DNA of 64,000 nucleotides, taken from NCBI GenBank assembly GCA_965215125.1, contig OZ244052.1:1600001-1664000 (forward strand), written 5' to 3'. The notes beneath the pieces are model-generated. The model searched no databases. It had not been told where the DNA came from and saw nothing but the letters and a program-made list of their open reading frames with translations. Below are positions 1 to 9,729 of this stretch, in pieces. Numbering within the stretch: the stretch's first letter is position 1; the number at the start of each line of letters is the position of its first letter. This DNA comes from an uncultured candidatus Porisulfidus sp. (GTDB lineage Bacteria > Pseudomonadota > Gammaproteobacteria > Poriferisulfidales > Oxydemutatoraceae). The translations under genes were made by a program, and so were the position numbers.

Positions 1-496
1 TTAGTCCCCATCCGGTCGCATCCTTATTTTCGATATTTTCCATGTTGATAAACAGGTTGGAGATGGTATAGCCGTTGCCTTCAAATATGCCTCTGAATCC
101 ATTTTGTACCTCTTTTCCCGAACCGCTAATATTAATGCTACCTATCGGTTGCCATCCTCCGTTGTTCCATTTTATTTTGTTTTCAACATTATTTCTGTAA
201 TCGGATTCTTTTTTGAAGTCTAGGTTTCTTGTCAACTCGTAACCTATACAAACATTTCCTGGGCAACCTCTTGTTATTTTTCTTCTTCCCTCCCCCCTTC
301 TATATGCCGTGCCATCCAACTGATAACGGATTCCATTTAATTGATTTAAGTTACAGATTTCAATCAAGCCGTCGTCATCTTGATCAATATCACTTAACTT
401 ACATTGTGTCGTCTGTTCGGTCTGTGCTACTGCAGGCGCGCATAACACGGTTGCGAGCAAAAAGAACTTTATTAGGTAGAAAGGGTTAGTTCTCAT
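1..496 (-). CDS. N-terminal part of a secreted GLUG-family protein related to the giant proteins at 33-64 kb (runs off the left edge)
   Basis: Manual translation from ATG at 496 stays open to base 1: MRTNPFYLIKFFLLATVLCAPAVAQ (signal peptide)...DIDQDDDGLIEIC...GCPGNVCIGYELTRNLDF...WQPIG...GIFEGNGYTISNLFIN. These are the same motifs as in the giant ORFs. Not in the supplied ORF track. Confidence 0.9.
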   Translation of the reverse strand, partial: MRTNPFYLIKFFLLATVLCAPAVAQTEQTTQCKLSDIDQDDDGLIEICNLNQLNGIRYQLDGTAYRRGEGRRKITRGCPGNVCIGYELTRNLDFKKESDYRNNVENKIKWNNGGWQPIGSINISGSGKEVQNGFRGIFEGNGYTISNLFINMENIENKDATGWGL

Positions 497-661
497 ACTT
501 TTAGCGTTTTTTACGATCTCTTCAAATATAGGACTTAATATATATCTTTAGCAAATTTCTATACTTATTATACTTGAAATCTGATTTATATACATGAATT
601 TATGGCTCCCTAATTCCTGCTATATATTAAAAATTTTTGGTATAACAAAGTCAATATATGG

Positions 662-1020
662 GGTTGTCGCTCTTTTGAAAAGGCTGTAAATTACCCGGTC
701 ATGGTTTATGTAAAGTATCGGATTCGCACGCCCCCAAGGTTTTGCACTTGTGAGGACAAGCCCTAGCTTGTCCGCCCCATATGCCCATATTAAGGTTCTT
801 GCACAGCGTCACGCCGATTGACCTACCGGTTCAATCGGCGGTTGTCGCTTTTGTGAAAGGACTGTAAATTACCTGATCATGGTTTATGTAAAGTATTGGA
901 TTTGCACACCCCCGAGGTTTTGCACTTGTGAGGACAAGCCTTAGCTTGTCCGCCCCACATACCCATGTTAAGGTTCTGCATAGCGTCACGCCGGTTGACC
1001 TACCGGTTCAATCGGCGGTT
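662..1020. repeat. Tandem ~178-bp composite repeat (2 units), each carrying REP-B and REP-A hairpins (BIME-like)
   Basis: Units start at 662 and 840. REP-B GGACAAGC-CYTA-GCTTGTCC at 754-773 and 932-951; REP-A CGCCGATTG-N11-CAATCGGCG at 812-840 and 989-1017 (one mismatch in the second). Confidence 0.9.
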
Positions 1021-1122
1021 TTTATGGATGCCATGTTAAAATCGCATACAGGATATCATTAAATAACAGACGATTTGTTTCGTAGTAAACCATAGATTTT
1101 CAATCATTCATTATAAAAACCA

Positions 1123-2625
1123 ATGTCACAGTCTAATAGCGGTTCAGAGATTGATAGAGTAATACACCGCATGGGTTTGGCAAACGATTGGAACAACGAA
1201 GTGGATGTGGAGTTAAATCAATGTATGAAGCAGGCTACCGACATTGGTGCCGAGACGGATAGAACGGATCTAAGGAAATTACCTTTTGTTACCATAGACG
1301 GTTCGGATGCCAAAGATTTTGACGACGCAATTTGTTGCGAAGAGAGCGATGAAGGCGTAATCTTATGGGTTGCGATTGCCGATGTTGCAAGTTATGTACG
1401 GGTTGGTTCTATGCTTGATCAAGAAGCATTCAAACGAGGCAATTCAACCTACTTGCCGGATCGTGTGTTGCCGATGTTGCCGCCGCTGTTGTCAAATGAT
1501 TTGTGTTCTTTGCTGCCTAAGCAAGATCGTCCGGTGATAGCTTGTCGTATGGTTTTTGACGCACAAATGCAAATAGCGGATTATCGTTTTAGCAAGGCTG
1601 TGATCCATTCACACTGTCGACTGACTTATCAACAGGTACAAACTTTTTTTGAGGATGACTCGCCTATAGTGTGTTGTCCTAACGAGGTACCGGCAATGTT
1701 ACGAGTAGCCGAAAAGCTCTATAAATTACTTAGGAAGTCGCGTGAAACACGGGGGGCATTGGATTTGGATATTCCGAAAAGGTATTTATGTTTTGACAAA
1801 GATCGGCGGATTAGGTCGGTAATGCTAATAAAAAGAAACGATGCGCACCGTATGATAGAGGAATTCATGATTTGTGCGAATGTTTCCGCAGCGCGTTATT
1901 TGTCGTCGCAAAACCTATGTTTCTTGAGCCGAGTGCACGAAGGCATCAAGCGCGAAGCCTTGCCTGCGTTGGATGATTTTTTGCGCGCTTCGGGCCTCTA
2001 TTTGAAAGGCACAAAAGTAGCCGACTTTGCGCGTTTAATCGAACAAACTACTGGACACCAAAACAAACAAATTATACATACGATGATTTTATCTTCGTTG
2101 CAACGCGCGATCTATGCACCTTCAAAGCAAGGACACTTCGGACTGGCTTTGAAGTATTACACGCATTTCACATCACCGATACGACGTTACCCGGATTTAT
2201 CGGTACACCGCGCAATACACACGACACTAGGGTCAACGAGCGGTCATTGTTACGATAAAGGCGAACTCAGGTCTCAAGGGCAGCATTGCTCGATGACCGA
2301 ACGACGCTCGGATGAGGTGGTGTGGGATATAGAGCAGTATTTTTTATGCAAACTGGCGCAAACTAAAGTGGGTCAAGTATGTCGCGGTGTTGTTACAACG
2401 GTTACGGCTTTCGGCTTATTTATTGAATTAACCGATTTACAAACCAGCGGTTTGTTACATGTAAAATATTTGGGAGGCGATTATTATCGATTCAACGACA
2501 TACGTCGCTATCTAAAAGGTGTGCGCAGCGGCAATACCTATAAAATAGGGGATGTGCTAGATGTTTCAATTAAATCCGTTCGGGCGGATGAACGCAAAAT
2601 AGATTTGGTTCCTGCCAATTCCTGA
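1123..2625 (+). CDS. rnr: RNase R/RNase II family exoribonuclease (RNB + S1), lacking N-terminal HTH/cold-shock domains
   Basis: Catalytic motif TIDGSDAKDFDDA, RMIEEFMI, GHFGLA..YTHFTSPIRRYPDL, C-terminal S1 domain. Confidence 0.85.
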   Translation: MSQSNSGSEIDRVIHRMGLANDWNNEVDVELNQCMKQATDIGAETDRTDLRKLPFVTIDGSDAKDFDDAICCEESDEGVILWVAIADVASYVRVGSMLDQEAFKRGNSTYLPDRVLPMLPPLLSNDLCSLLPKQDRPVIACRMVFDAQMQIADYRFSKAVIHSHCRLTYQQVQTFFEDDSPIVCCPNEVPAMLRVAEKLYKLLRKSRETRGALDLDIPKRYLCFDKDRRIRSVMLIKRNDAHRMIEEFMICANVSAARYLSSQNLCFLSRVHEGIKREALPALDDFLRASGLYLKGTKVADFARLIEQTTGHQNKQIIHTMILSSLQRAIYAPSKQGHFGLALKYYTHFTSPIRRYPDLSVHRAIHTTLGSTSGHCYDKGELRSQGQHCSMTERRSDEVVWDIEQYFLCKLAQTKVGQVCRGVVTTVTAFGLFIELTDLQTSGLLHVKYLGGDYYRFNDIRRYLKGVRSGNTYKIGDVLDVSIKSVRADERKIDLVPANS

Positions 2626-2653
2626 ACTCGTAGTCTAAAGGCGAGCGTATAAA

Positions 2654-3142
2654 ATGTCCGCATGCGATGAAGTTGATATTGCTTTTATGGAGCTTGCTTT
2701 AGAACAAGCCGGTATTGCGCAAAGCAAAGGCGAAGTTCCCGTCGGTGCGGTGTTGATTCGAGGCGGCGAAGTACTAGCGAGATGCCACAACAGTCCGATT
2801 GCAATGAACGACCCGTCGGCGCATGCGGAAATGCTCGCATTGCGTGCAGCTGCCTTGCATTTATCGAATTATCGCCTGCCCAATACGACACTTTATGTGA
2901 CGCTGGAACCCTGTGCGATGTGTTTTACGGCAATGGTTCATGCTCGCATAGAACGATTGGTGTTCGGTGCGAGCGACCCTAAACAAGGTTCTGTAGGCGG
3001 TGCCGTAGACCTTAGAAAAATCTTTACTTTTAATCATTGCTTTGGAGTTACAAGCGGCGTGCTGGAGGATCGTTGCAGTGTATTATTGGTTGACTTCTTT
3101 AAGCGTAGACGTGGTACTGAAACTGATCATCGGAATGCATGA
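2654..3142 (+). CDS. tadA: tRNA adenosine(34) deaminase
   Basis: GEVPVGAV, HAE, TLYVTLEPCAMC motifs. Confidence 0.95.
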   Translation: MSACDEVDIAFMELALEQAGIAQSKGEVPVGAVLIRGGEVLARCHNSPIAMNDPSAHAEMLALRAAALHLSNYRLPNTTLYVTLEPCAMCFTAMVHARIERLVFGASDPKQGSVGGAVDLRKIFTFNHCFGVTSGVLEDRCSVLLVDFFKRRRGTETDHRNA

Positions 3143-3149
3143 TATTGGT

Positions 3150-3222
3150 CCATTCCCCTCCTTTGGAGGGGTGGCAGGCGTAGCCTGACGGGGTGGTCTT
3201 CCCCTCCTTCGAAGGGGAATGG
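3150..3222. repeat. REP-C palindromic element between convergent tadA and mltF; probable bidirectional terminator
   Basis: CCCCTCCTTTGGAGGGG hairpin, outer inverted repeat CCATTCCCCT...AGGGGAATGG; related copy at 9730-9860. Confidence 0.7.
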
Positions 3223-3229
3223 CTTGTTT

Positions 3230-4744
3230 CTACGATGGTTCGCGTATTACCATAGGCGTTATGTTTTCGGGTTGGTAGGTAGGGGGTATTTCGGTGGAAA
3301 TCGCATCTTCTAATAGGCTTAGCAAAAATTGGTAATTACGAATGTTGTTGATATAAATTACGACATTATCGTTTGGTTTGCCATACCTTGAGTTTTGGTA
3401 CCACTCCGGTTTTTGCAGGAGCTTCAACGAGTGGCTTACTTCTATCCACGAGTTTATAGTGGTTCCTCTTTTAAGTGTTAATCTAAAAGCGTCTTCCAAG
3501 TGACCGTAGCCTGCGAGGTAAGCAACCAGTGCCATCCATACGCGATCCGGGGTGGGTATCTCGGAGGGTATTCTGTTTATTAATTGGTTTAGGTGTTTGC
3601 TCCCTCCCATGATGCTTTGATAAGCATCCGAGCGATCGTGCACTTCGTACTGTTTCGCAATTTCTTGGGTTAGCATCATAAGACCTTTTACTCCGGTAGG
3701 AGATACTGCCAGTGGATTCCAATGCGATTCCTGATATGCGACAGCGGCTAGAAGTTTCCAATCTAAATAATATCTATCGGCAGCCATTTGAAAATATCTC
3801 TTATGTTTGGAGAGTTTTCTGTAAGCCGATTCTATGAATGTCAATTTATCGGCATAAGGGAGTAGTTCTAAATGTCCCGGGTGAGCCTTCGTAATACGAT
3901 CGAGTTCTCCGCTTTCTTGCATCTCCGAAAACAAGTCATCGGCGAGATGGACTAGATGTAGTGAGCTTGCCTGTGTGGGTTTGCGATTGAATAGCCAGAC
4001 AATAGGGACTTCTTCGGATATCCTAAAAGCAATTTTGACATAAGGATATAAAAATTGGGTCGACGAGAGTTCGTGTGCATCGGCTAGGGTGTAGCGTATC
4101 AAACCGTGGTTAACCATTTCTATTAATTTATAAGAAGGTGTGTCGGGATGTAAGTACCAAGGGTTATTTTTGATGTCATTCGGCTTAACGCTTAAGTTCG
4201 TATGTATAGGTTCTTCGCTATGTCCACCGGACAGTTTTTCCAGTAACGCTATATGGTTAGGATTCGCACTAATATCTATATCGGACAATGATATCTCTTC
4301 GAAACGGCGAGGCTTAGTGTCGGGATAACGATAAATCATATATTGCTTGCTTCGGTAATAGGGTTTTGATACTTCAAAGTGCTCCTCGTACATCTGTGTT
4401 GTGCCTAAAGCACCCGCAGCCATGTCTACTTTTCCCTCTTTTAGTAAGTCAATCGCTTTTGCAGCGGTTGAAACGGAGGTGATTTCAATTTTTGTTTGTA
4501 TGCGGTTTGCAAAAGATTGCAAAAGTTTATAATCAAAGCCGGTTGCTTGGTTGTCCTGCCAGTAGTAACTTGTAGGATTTACTCTAAGCGCGACTTGGAT
4601 AGTAGCGGCAGAATTTTCTACGACATCGGGATGCCAAGGCGGCATATCGGTTTTATTGGCATCCTCGCAAGCTACCAACGTGAATAAAAGAGCAATATAT
4701 GCTAAAAGTCTAATTGAGGGCATAGCTATTACTATCAACGACAA
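3230..4744 (-). CDS. mltF: Membrane-bound lytic murein transglycosylase F
   Basis: N-terminal solute-binding-like domain (GFDYKL) plus SLT domain LLAAVAYQESHWNPLAVSPTGVKGLMMLT. Confidence 0.9.
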   Translation of the reverse strand: MSLIVIAMPSIRLLAYIALLFTLVACEDANKTDMPPWHPDVVENSAATIQVALRVNPTSYYWQDNQATGFDYKLLQSFANRIQTKIEITSVSTAAKAIDLLKEGKVDMAAGALGTTQMYEEHFEVSKPYYRSKQYMIYRYPDTKPRRFEEISLSDIDISANPNHIALLEKLSGGHSEEPIHTNLSVKPNDIKNNPWYLHPDTPSYKLIEMVNHGLIRYTLADAHELSSTQFLYPYVKIAFRISEEVPIVWLFNRKPTQASSLHLVHLADDLFSEMQESGELDRITKAHPGHLELLPYADKLTFIESAYRKLSKHKRYFQMAADRYYLDWKLLAAVAYQESHWNPLAVSPTGVKGLMMLTQEIAKQYEVHDRSDAYQSIMGGSKHLNQLINRIPSEIPTPDRVWMALVAYLAGYGHLEDAFRLTLKRGTTINSWIEVSHSLKLLQKPEWYQNSRYGKPNDNVVIYINNIRNYQFLLSLLEDAISTEIPPTYQPENITPMVIREPS

Positions 4745-4862
4745 ATTTTAGGTATTATTATATGATATAGATAGAACCTAAATATATAAGAAATACCATA
4801 GGCAGTGTCAATTTATTCTAGGAATTTTAGAACTAAAACTTGCTTTAGTTTCAATTTTTTGT

Positions 4863-6725
4863 ATGATAAGCAGTTTATCGGATAATAATTTTAACGCTTT
4901 ACGAGATATGGAAACTTTCCCCCAATTACTAATGCACCGAGCCGATATGCATGCAAGTTTGCCGGCACTACGCGTCAAACGGCTTGGTTTGTGGAATACT
5001 TACACATGGAGTGATTTTGCACGACATGTGCAAAGTATTGCAAGCGGTTTGTCAGCTATGGGTGTGCGGAAGGGAGACAAAGTTATCGTAGTCAGCGACA
5101 ACACGCCCGAAGTTATGTTCATGACTTCCGCTCTTCAAGTGTGCGGAGCTATTCCGGTACCGCTCAATGCAAACGCATCGGTGAGACTTTTGGTGCATGT
5201 AATCACAAACCTAAATATCCAATATGCTTATGCGCACGATCAGCAACAAGTCGACACCTTGCTTGACGCTCAAGAACAATCACTCAAATTAAAGTATATT
5301 TTCTATATTCATCCTCGTGGTTTGGCATCTTACGACCAAAACTTATTGCAAGATATAGAAAAAGTTCGGGCGCACGGTGACGAATATGCGGCTTCGCATC
5401 CGGATGCGTTCAAGGCTGCGGTCAATGCCACTGCGCCAAACGGCACTGCCTTTATTTTCTTGTCTTCCGGGACCGGCACCAAGCCTAAATTGGTGCCGCT
5501 GAGTTATGCCAATATGCTACACATCGCCCGCTATATTGCCGAGGTAGAACAAATCACCGAACACGACGAATTGTTGTCGTTTATGCCGATTGCAATGCCG
5601 GCTAGTTTTATATACGGACAGGCGGTTTCTTTTCTACGTGGTTTTTGTGTGAGTTATCCCGAAAGTAGCGAGACGGTTTTAGAGAACCTGCGCGAAATCG
5701 GTCCTACATTATTTTTTGCTTCCGCACATGTCTACAAATATATAGCGACTTTAATTCATAACAGAGTTACATTCGCCGGCAAACTAACATACAAGCTATA
5801 CGATCGCTATTATGAAAGTGCACGAGTAGGGGAGTCTTCTATAATCGGTAATTTGTTAATCACCGCACCGATTAAAAATGTCTACGGTTTTAGTCATCTG
5901 AGAATAGCGGCAACGAGCGGCGATGCAATTAGTGAGAAAACTTTCAACTCATTTCGTAAATTGGGGATCGATATAAAACAAATCTACGGTTGTGCAGAAA
6001 CCGGCGGTGTTATTGCGATGCAGACCGCAGAGGAGAAAGAGGCACATTCGGTAGGACATTCTATAGGCGGAAGCCAAATTAAAATGAGTGCCGACGGCGA
6101 GATTTTGTGTAAGGGACCTAATGTTTTCAACTCGTATACCGATGGAACATCCGCGACCCTAGACGAGGACGGTTGGTTTCATACCGGCGACTTAGGAGTG
6201 ATGGAAGACAAGGAATTGTATGTGAAGGATAGAAAAGAACTGGTTGTAGATTTAGGAGACGGCAAAAAATTAATGCCTAAGATTTTGGAAAATGCAGTTA
6301 AATCGTCTCCGTATATTCAAGACGCTTATGTGTGGGCTACCGGCGACGCAACTGTCTGTGCATTGATTGTTGCCGATGAGCACACGGTCGGGTATTGGGC
6401 CGAGTACCACGATGTACGTTATACGGGCTATCAGGATTTGGTATCTAAAAAAGAAGTAGAGGAATTAATTGCCTCGCAAATTAAAGAGGCCAATGCATCT
6501 TTCACCACCGATAAGAAAAAGGTTAAATTACAATGTTTCGTATTACTAGCGAGGGAATTTTCGAGTGGTCTGGGCGAATTGACATGGACGAACAAATTAT
6601 GCAGACACGTCATAAAGGAAAATTTTTCAACGATATTGAATAGCTTGGAAAGTGGAGAATCTATGGTCAAATATGATGACCCGACGATGGGTACCGAAGT
6701 TGAATACAAAGTCTGTAGCCTATAA
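4863..6725 (+). CDS. Long-chain acyl-CoA synthetase-like AMP-binding protein
   Basis: SSGTGTKPK (degenerate A3 motif), YGCAE, GWFHTGDLG; typical first gene of this ABC operon type. Confidence 0.85.
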   Translation: MISSLSDNNFNALRDMETFPQLLMHRADMHASLPALRVKRLGLWNTYTWSDFARHVQSIASGLSAMGVRKGDKVIVVSDNTPEVMFMTSALQVCGAIPVPLNANASVRLLVHVITNLNIQYAYAHDQQQVDTLLDAQEQSLKLKYIFYIHPRGLASYDQNLLQDIEKVRAHGDEYAASHPDAFKAAVNATAPNGTAFIFLSSGTGTKPKLVPLSYANMLHIARYIAEVEQITEHDELLSFMPIAMPASFIYGQAVSFLRGFCVSYPESSETVLENLREIGPTLFFASAHVYKYIATLIHNRVTFAGKLTYKLYDRYYESARVGESSIIGNLLITAPIKNVYGFSHLRIAATSGDAISEKTFNSFRKLGIDIKQIYGCAETGGVIAMQTAEEKEAHSVGHSIGGSQIKMSADGEILCKGPNVFNSYTDGTSATLDEDGWFHTGDLGVMEDKELYVKDRKELVVDLGDGKKLMPKILENAVKSSPYIQDAYVWATGDATVCALIVADEHTVGYWAEYHDVRYTGYQDLVSKKEVEELIASQIKEANASFTTDKKKVKLQCFVLLAREFSSGLGELTWTNKLCRHVIKENFSTILNSLESGESMVKYDDPTMGTEVEYKVCSL

Positions 6726-6752
6726 AACTTTTTGCGGCCCAGAGATATTATT

Positions 6753-7544
6753 ATGGTGAACACAATGAATAAAGAAGTTTTTATGAGCGTTGAGAACGTA
6801 GACTTGTCCTTTAAGGGCGTTCAAGCAATCGCCGATATTAGTTTCAATGTATATAAAGGAGAGGTATGCGCACTTATAGGTCCTAACGGTGCCGGTAAAA
6901 GTTCTATGCTCAACATTATCAACGGGGTATATACACCTCAGAAAGGACGCATTGTGTTTGACAACAAAGTCTATATGCGCATGAAACCTCGTCAAATGGC
7001 AATAGACGGCATAGCGAGAACCTTTCAGAACATTGCGTTGTTTCAAGGCATGACGGTACTCGACAATATCATGACCGGGCGCAACCTCAAAATGAAATCG
7101 ACTTTTTGGGAGCAGGCTATATTCTACGGTCGCTCGAGACGAGAAGAAATTGAACACCGCCACAGAGTGGAGGAGATTATTACTTTCTTACAAATAGAAG
7201 CGATACGCAACACGCCGGTTAACAAACTCGCATACGGATTACAAAAGCGTGTGGAATTAGGACGCGCGCTGGCAATGGAACCCAAACTACTGTTGCTTGA
7301 CGAGCCTATGGCAGGCATGAATCTCGAAGAAAAGAAAGACATGTCCTGTTTTATCGGTGAAATTAATCGTGAACTCGGTACGACTATTGTTTTAATAGAA
7401 CACGATATGAGCGTTGTAATGGATATATCGGATCATGTAGTCGTCATGGATTACGGCAAAAAAATCGGCGATGGCACGCCCGAGGAAGTACGCAATAACA
7501 AAGCAGTCATTGAAGCCTATTTAGGAGTAAGCCACAATGGCTAG
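6753..7544 (+). CDS. ABC transporter ATP-binding protein (LivG-like)
   Basis: Walker A GPNGAGKS, GIARTFQN, LAYGLQKRVELGRAL, LLLLDEP; exact start uncertain (6753 or 6765). Confidence 0.92.
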   Translation: MVNTMNKEVFMSVENVDLSFKGVQAIADISFNVYKGEVCALIGPNGAGKSSMLNIINGVYTPQKGRIVFDNKVYMRMKPRQMAIDGIARTFQNIALFQGMTVLDNIMTGRNLKMKSTFWEQAIFYGRSRREEIEHRHRVEEIITFLQIEAIRNTPVNKLAYGLQKRVELGRALAMEPKLLLLDEPMAGMNLEEKKDMSCFIGEINRELGTTIVLIEHDMSVVMDISDHVVVMDYGKKIGDGTPEEVRNNKAVIEAYLGVSHNG

Positions 7545-7575
7545 AGCGGTGTGAGATGACATAGAGGATAGAGAG

Positions 7576-8574
7576 ATGCTGTATTTTACCGAAGTAGTTA
7601 TTAGCGGCTTGTTGACCGGCGTGATGTATTCTTTAGTCGCTATCGGCTTTGTCTTGATCTATAAATCTTCCGGGGTGTTCAACTTTGCGCAAGGCACGAT
7701 GTTGTTGTTCGCCGGTTTGACTTTCGTTAAATTGACCCAACAGGGAGTATCCTTTTGGTATGCTTTTGTGCTGACTATGGGTGCGATGATAATGATGGGC
7801 ATACTGATAGAAAGATTTATTATGCGACCTTTGGCGAATCAGTCTTTGCTTTCCTTGTTTATGGCAACCGTAGGCTTGAGTATATTTTTAGAAGGTGCAT
7901 CGCAAGGTATTTGGGATTCCGCAGTTCACGGTCTTAAACTCGGCGAGTTTCTCGGTGAAGAAATAGATGCCGAACTTGCGTGCCAGAGCGGTTTTTTTGC
8001 ATGCACTTATGCCAAGTTTATCAATCTATTGGCATTGTTGTTATCGCCTAACCCTATCTTTTTGAGCGATTATATAGAAGGCTTTGATGTTCTCATCGGT
8101 GCATTCGATATCTTCGCTGCGATTGTTGCCGGCACGATGATTATAGGTTTATCTATTTTCTTCCAAAAAACCAAAACCGGCATGTCGTTGCGAGCGGTTT
8201 CCGACGATCACTTGGCGGCGATGGCGGTTGGTGTGCCTTTGTCTCGTATTTGGGCGGTGGTTTGGGCGGTGACCGGCGTGATCGGTTTGATCGCAGGCTT
8301 GTTGTGGGCCGATCGTATCAGTGTATCGTTCACCTTGACGCAAGTCGTGTTAAAAGGTTTGCCGGTGATATTGGTCGGTGGTCTGACATCTATTCCCGGT
8401 GCGATTATAGGCGGCTTTATTATCGGGGTTTCGGAGAAGTTGGGCGAGGTCTATGTTGCCGATTGGTTCGGCGGTCAAGGTATAGAGAACTGGTTCGGTT
8501 ATACGATTGCGATGTTGTTTATCTTGATGCGTCCGGCGGGTCTGTTCGGCGAAAAAGAAATTGAAAGAGTTTAA
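7576..8574 (+). CDS. Branched-chain amino acid-type ABC permease (LivH-like)
   Basis: GVMYSLVAIGFVLIYKSSGVFNFAQG and C-terminal RPAGLFG. Confidence 0.92.
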   Translation: MLYFTEVVISGLLTGVMYSLVAIGFVLIYKSSGVFNFAQGTMLLFAGLTFVKLTQQGVSFWYAFVLTMGAMIMMGILIERFIMRPLANQSLLSLFMATVGLSIFLEGASQGIWDSAVHGLKLGEFLGEEIDAELACQSGFFACTYAKFINLLALLLSPNPIFLSDYIEGFDVLIGAFDIFAAIVAGTMIIGLSIFFQKTKTGMSLRAVSDDHLAAMAVGVPLSRIWAVVWAVTGVIGLIAGLLWADRISVSFTLTQVVLKGLPVILVGGLTSIPGAIIGGFIIGVSEKLGEVYVADWFGGQGIENWFGYTIAMLFILMRPAGLFGEKEIERV

Positions 8575-8589
8575 TAACTAGATATCGCA

Positions 8590-9726
8590 ATGTTTTATAG
8601 AGAAACAAGTCATATAGTATCCAATTATATGCAAGATCGTAGCATGATACCGCTACGCCAGGATCGTTGGTTTTTGTACGCATTTTTGTTGTTCATACTG
8701 TTTGTAGTGCCTTATATCGCCGACGATTATTGGATGGGGGCTATTCTAATTCCGTTGCTGGTTTTCTCTCTTGCGTCGTTGGGTTTGAATCTATTAACAG
8801 GGTATACCGGGCAGCTGTCTCTGGGTACGGGTGGTTTTATGCTACTCGGCGCGGTCGCAACTTTCAACTTTCTATATCGCTTTGACGGAGAGATTATTCC
8901 TTTCAACATGCCGTTACCTATGGCACTATTCTTTGCCGGTGTCGTAACCGGTCTCGTCGGTGTCGTATTCGGTTTACCCAGCATCAGAATCAAAGGTTTT
9001 TATTTGCTTGTGTCTACCCTGGCAGCGCACTTTTTCATATTATGGTTTTTTAATTCTTATCGCTACTTCGTTAATTACGATCACGCCGGTGTTGTGTTGT
9101 TATCCTCCAGATATTACGAGATTACTTGGCTTCATTTTAATCCGAATAATTTTTATTTACCTGAATTGACAACACTCAATCTAAATACCTATGTAGGGAA
9201 ATACTATTTGGTGTTGGTTACCGTAATCATTCTTACGATCGCTGCCAAAAATATAGTCCGAAGTTCATTGGGACGTAACATGATGGCGGTCAGAGACATG
9301 GATATCGCTGCGAGTGTGATAGGTATCCGTGTCGGAGTGACTAAACTCATTGCGTTTTTTATCAGCACCTTTTATATCGGGGTTTCGGGTGCTTTGTTTT
9401 CTTTTTCGTACACGACCGACATCAATTTGAGGACGCACGAACTAGATCGAGCGTTTCAGGTATTATTTATGATTATTATCGGTGGCTTGGGGTCTATAGC
9501 AGGATCGTTTATGGGTGCCGCTTTTGTTTATTTGTTTGATATAGTCATCAGTCTTGTAGGCGATAAGATGCTGGGAGGCGCATTTAATTCGGCATTCGTA
9601 GAGAATTTAGGCAAGGTGATAACCGGGGTTGTGATTATCATATTGCTGATTAAAGAACCGGGTGGTTTCGCTGCGCTGTGGGGGCGTTATAAAGAAAAAC
9701 TGCGCACCTGGCCTTTTCCACATTAA
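8590..9726 (+). CDS. Branched-chain amino acid-type ABC permease (LivM-like)
   Basis: LGLNLLTGYTGQLSLG, GRNMMAVRD, MIIIGGLGSI. Confidence 0.92.
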   Translation: MFYRETSHIVSNYMQDRSMIPLRQDRWFLYAFLLFILFVVPYIADDYWMGAILIPLLVFSLASLGLNLLTGYTGQLSLGTGGFMLLGAVATFNFLYRFDGEIIPFNMPLPMALFFAGVVTGLVGVVFGLPSIRIKGFYLLVSTLAAHFFILWFFNSYRYFVNYDHAGVVLLSSRYYEITWLHFNPNNFYLPELTTLNLNTYVGKYYLVLVTVIILTIAAKNIVRSSLGRNMMAVRDMDIAASVIGIRVGVTKLIAFFISTFYIGVSGALFSFSYTTDINLRTHELDRAFQVLFMIIIGGLGSIAGSFMGAAFVYLFDIVISLVGDKMLGGAFNSAFVENLGKVITGVVIIILLIKEPGGFAALWGRYKEKLRTWPFPH

Positions 9727-9729
9727 TAC

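Noticed and set aside
229-489. 86-aa plus-strand ORF
   Set aside because: Antisense shadow of the motif-bearing minus-strand gene at 1-496.
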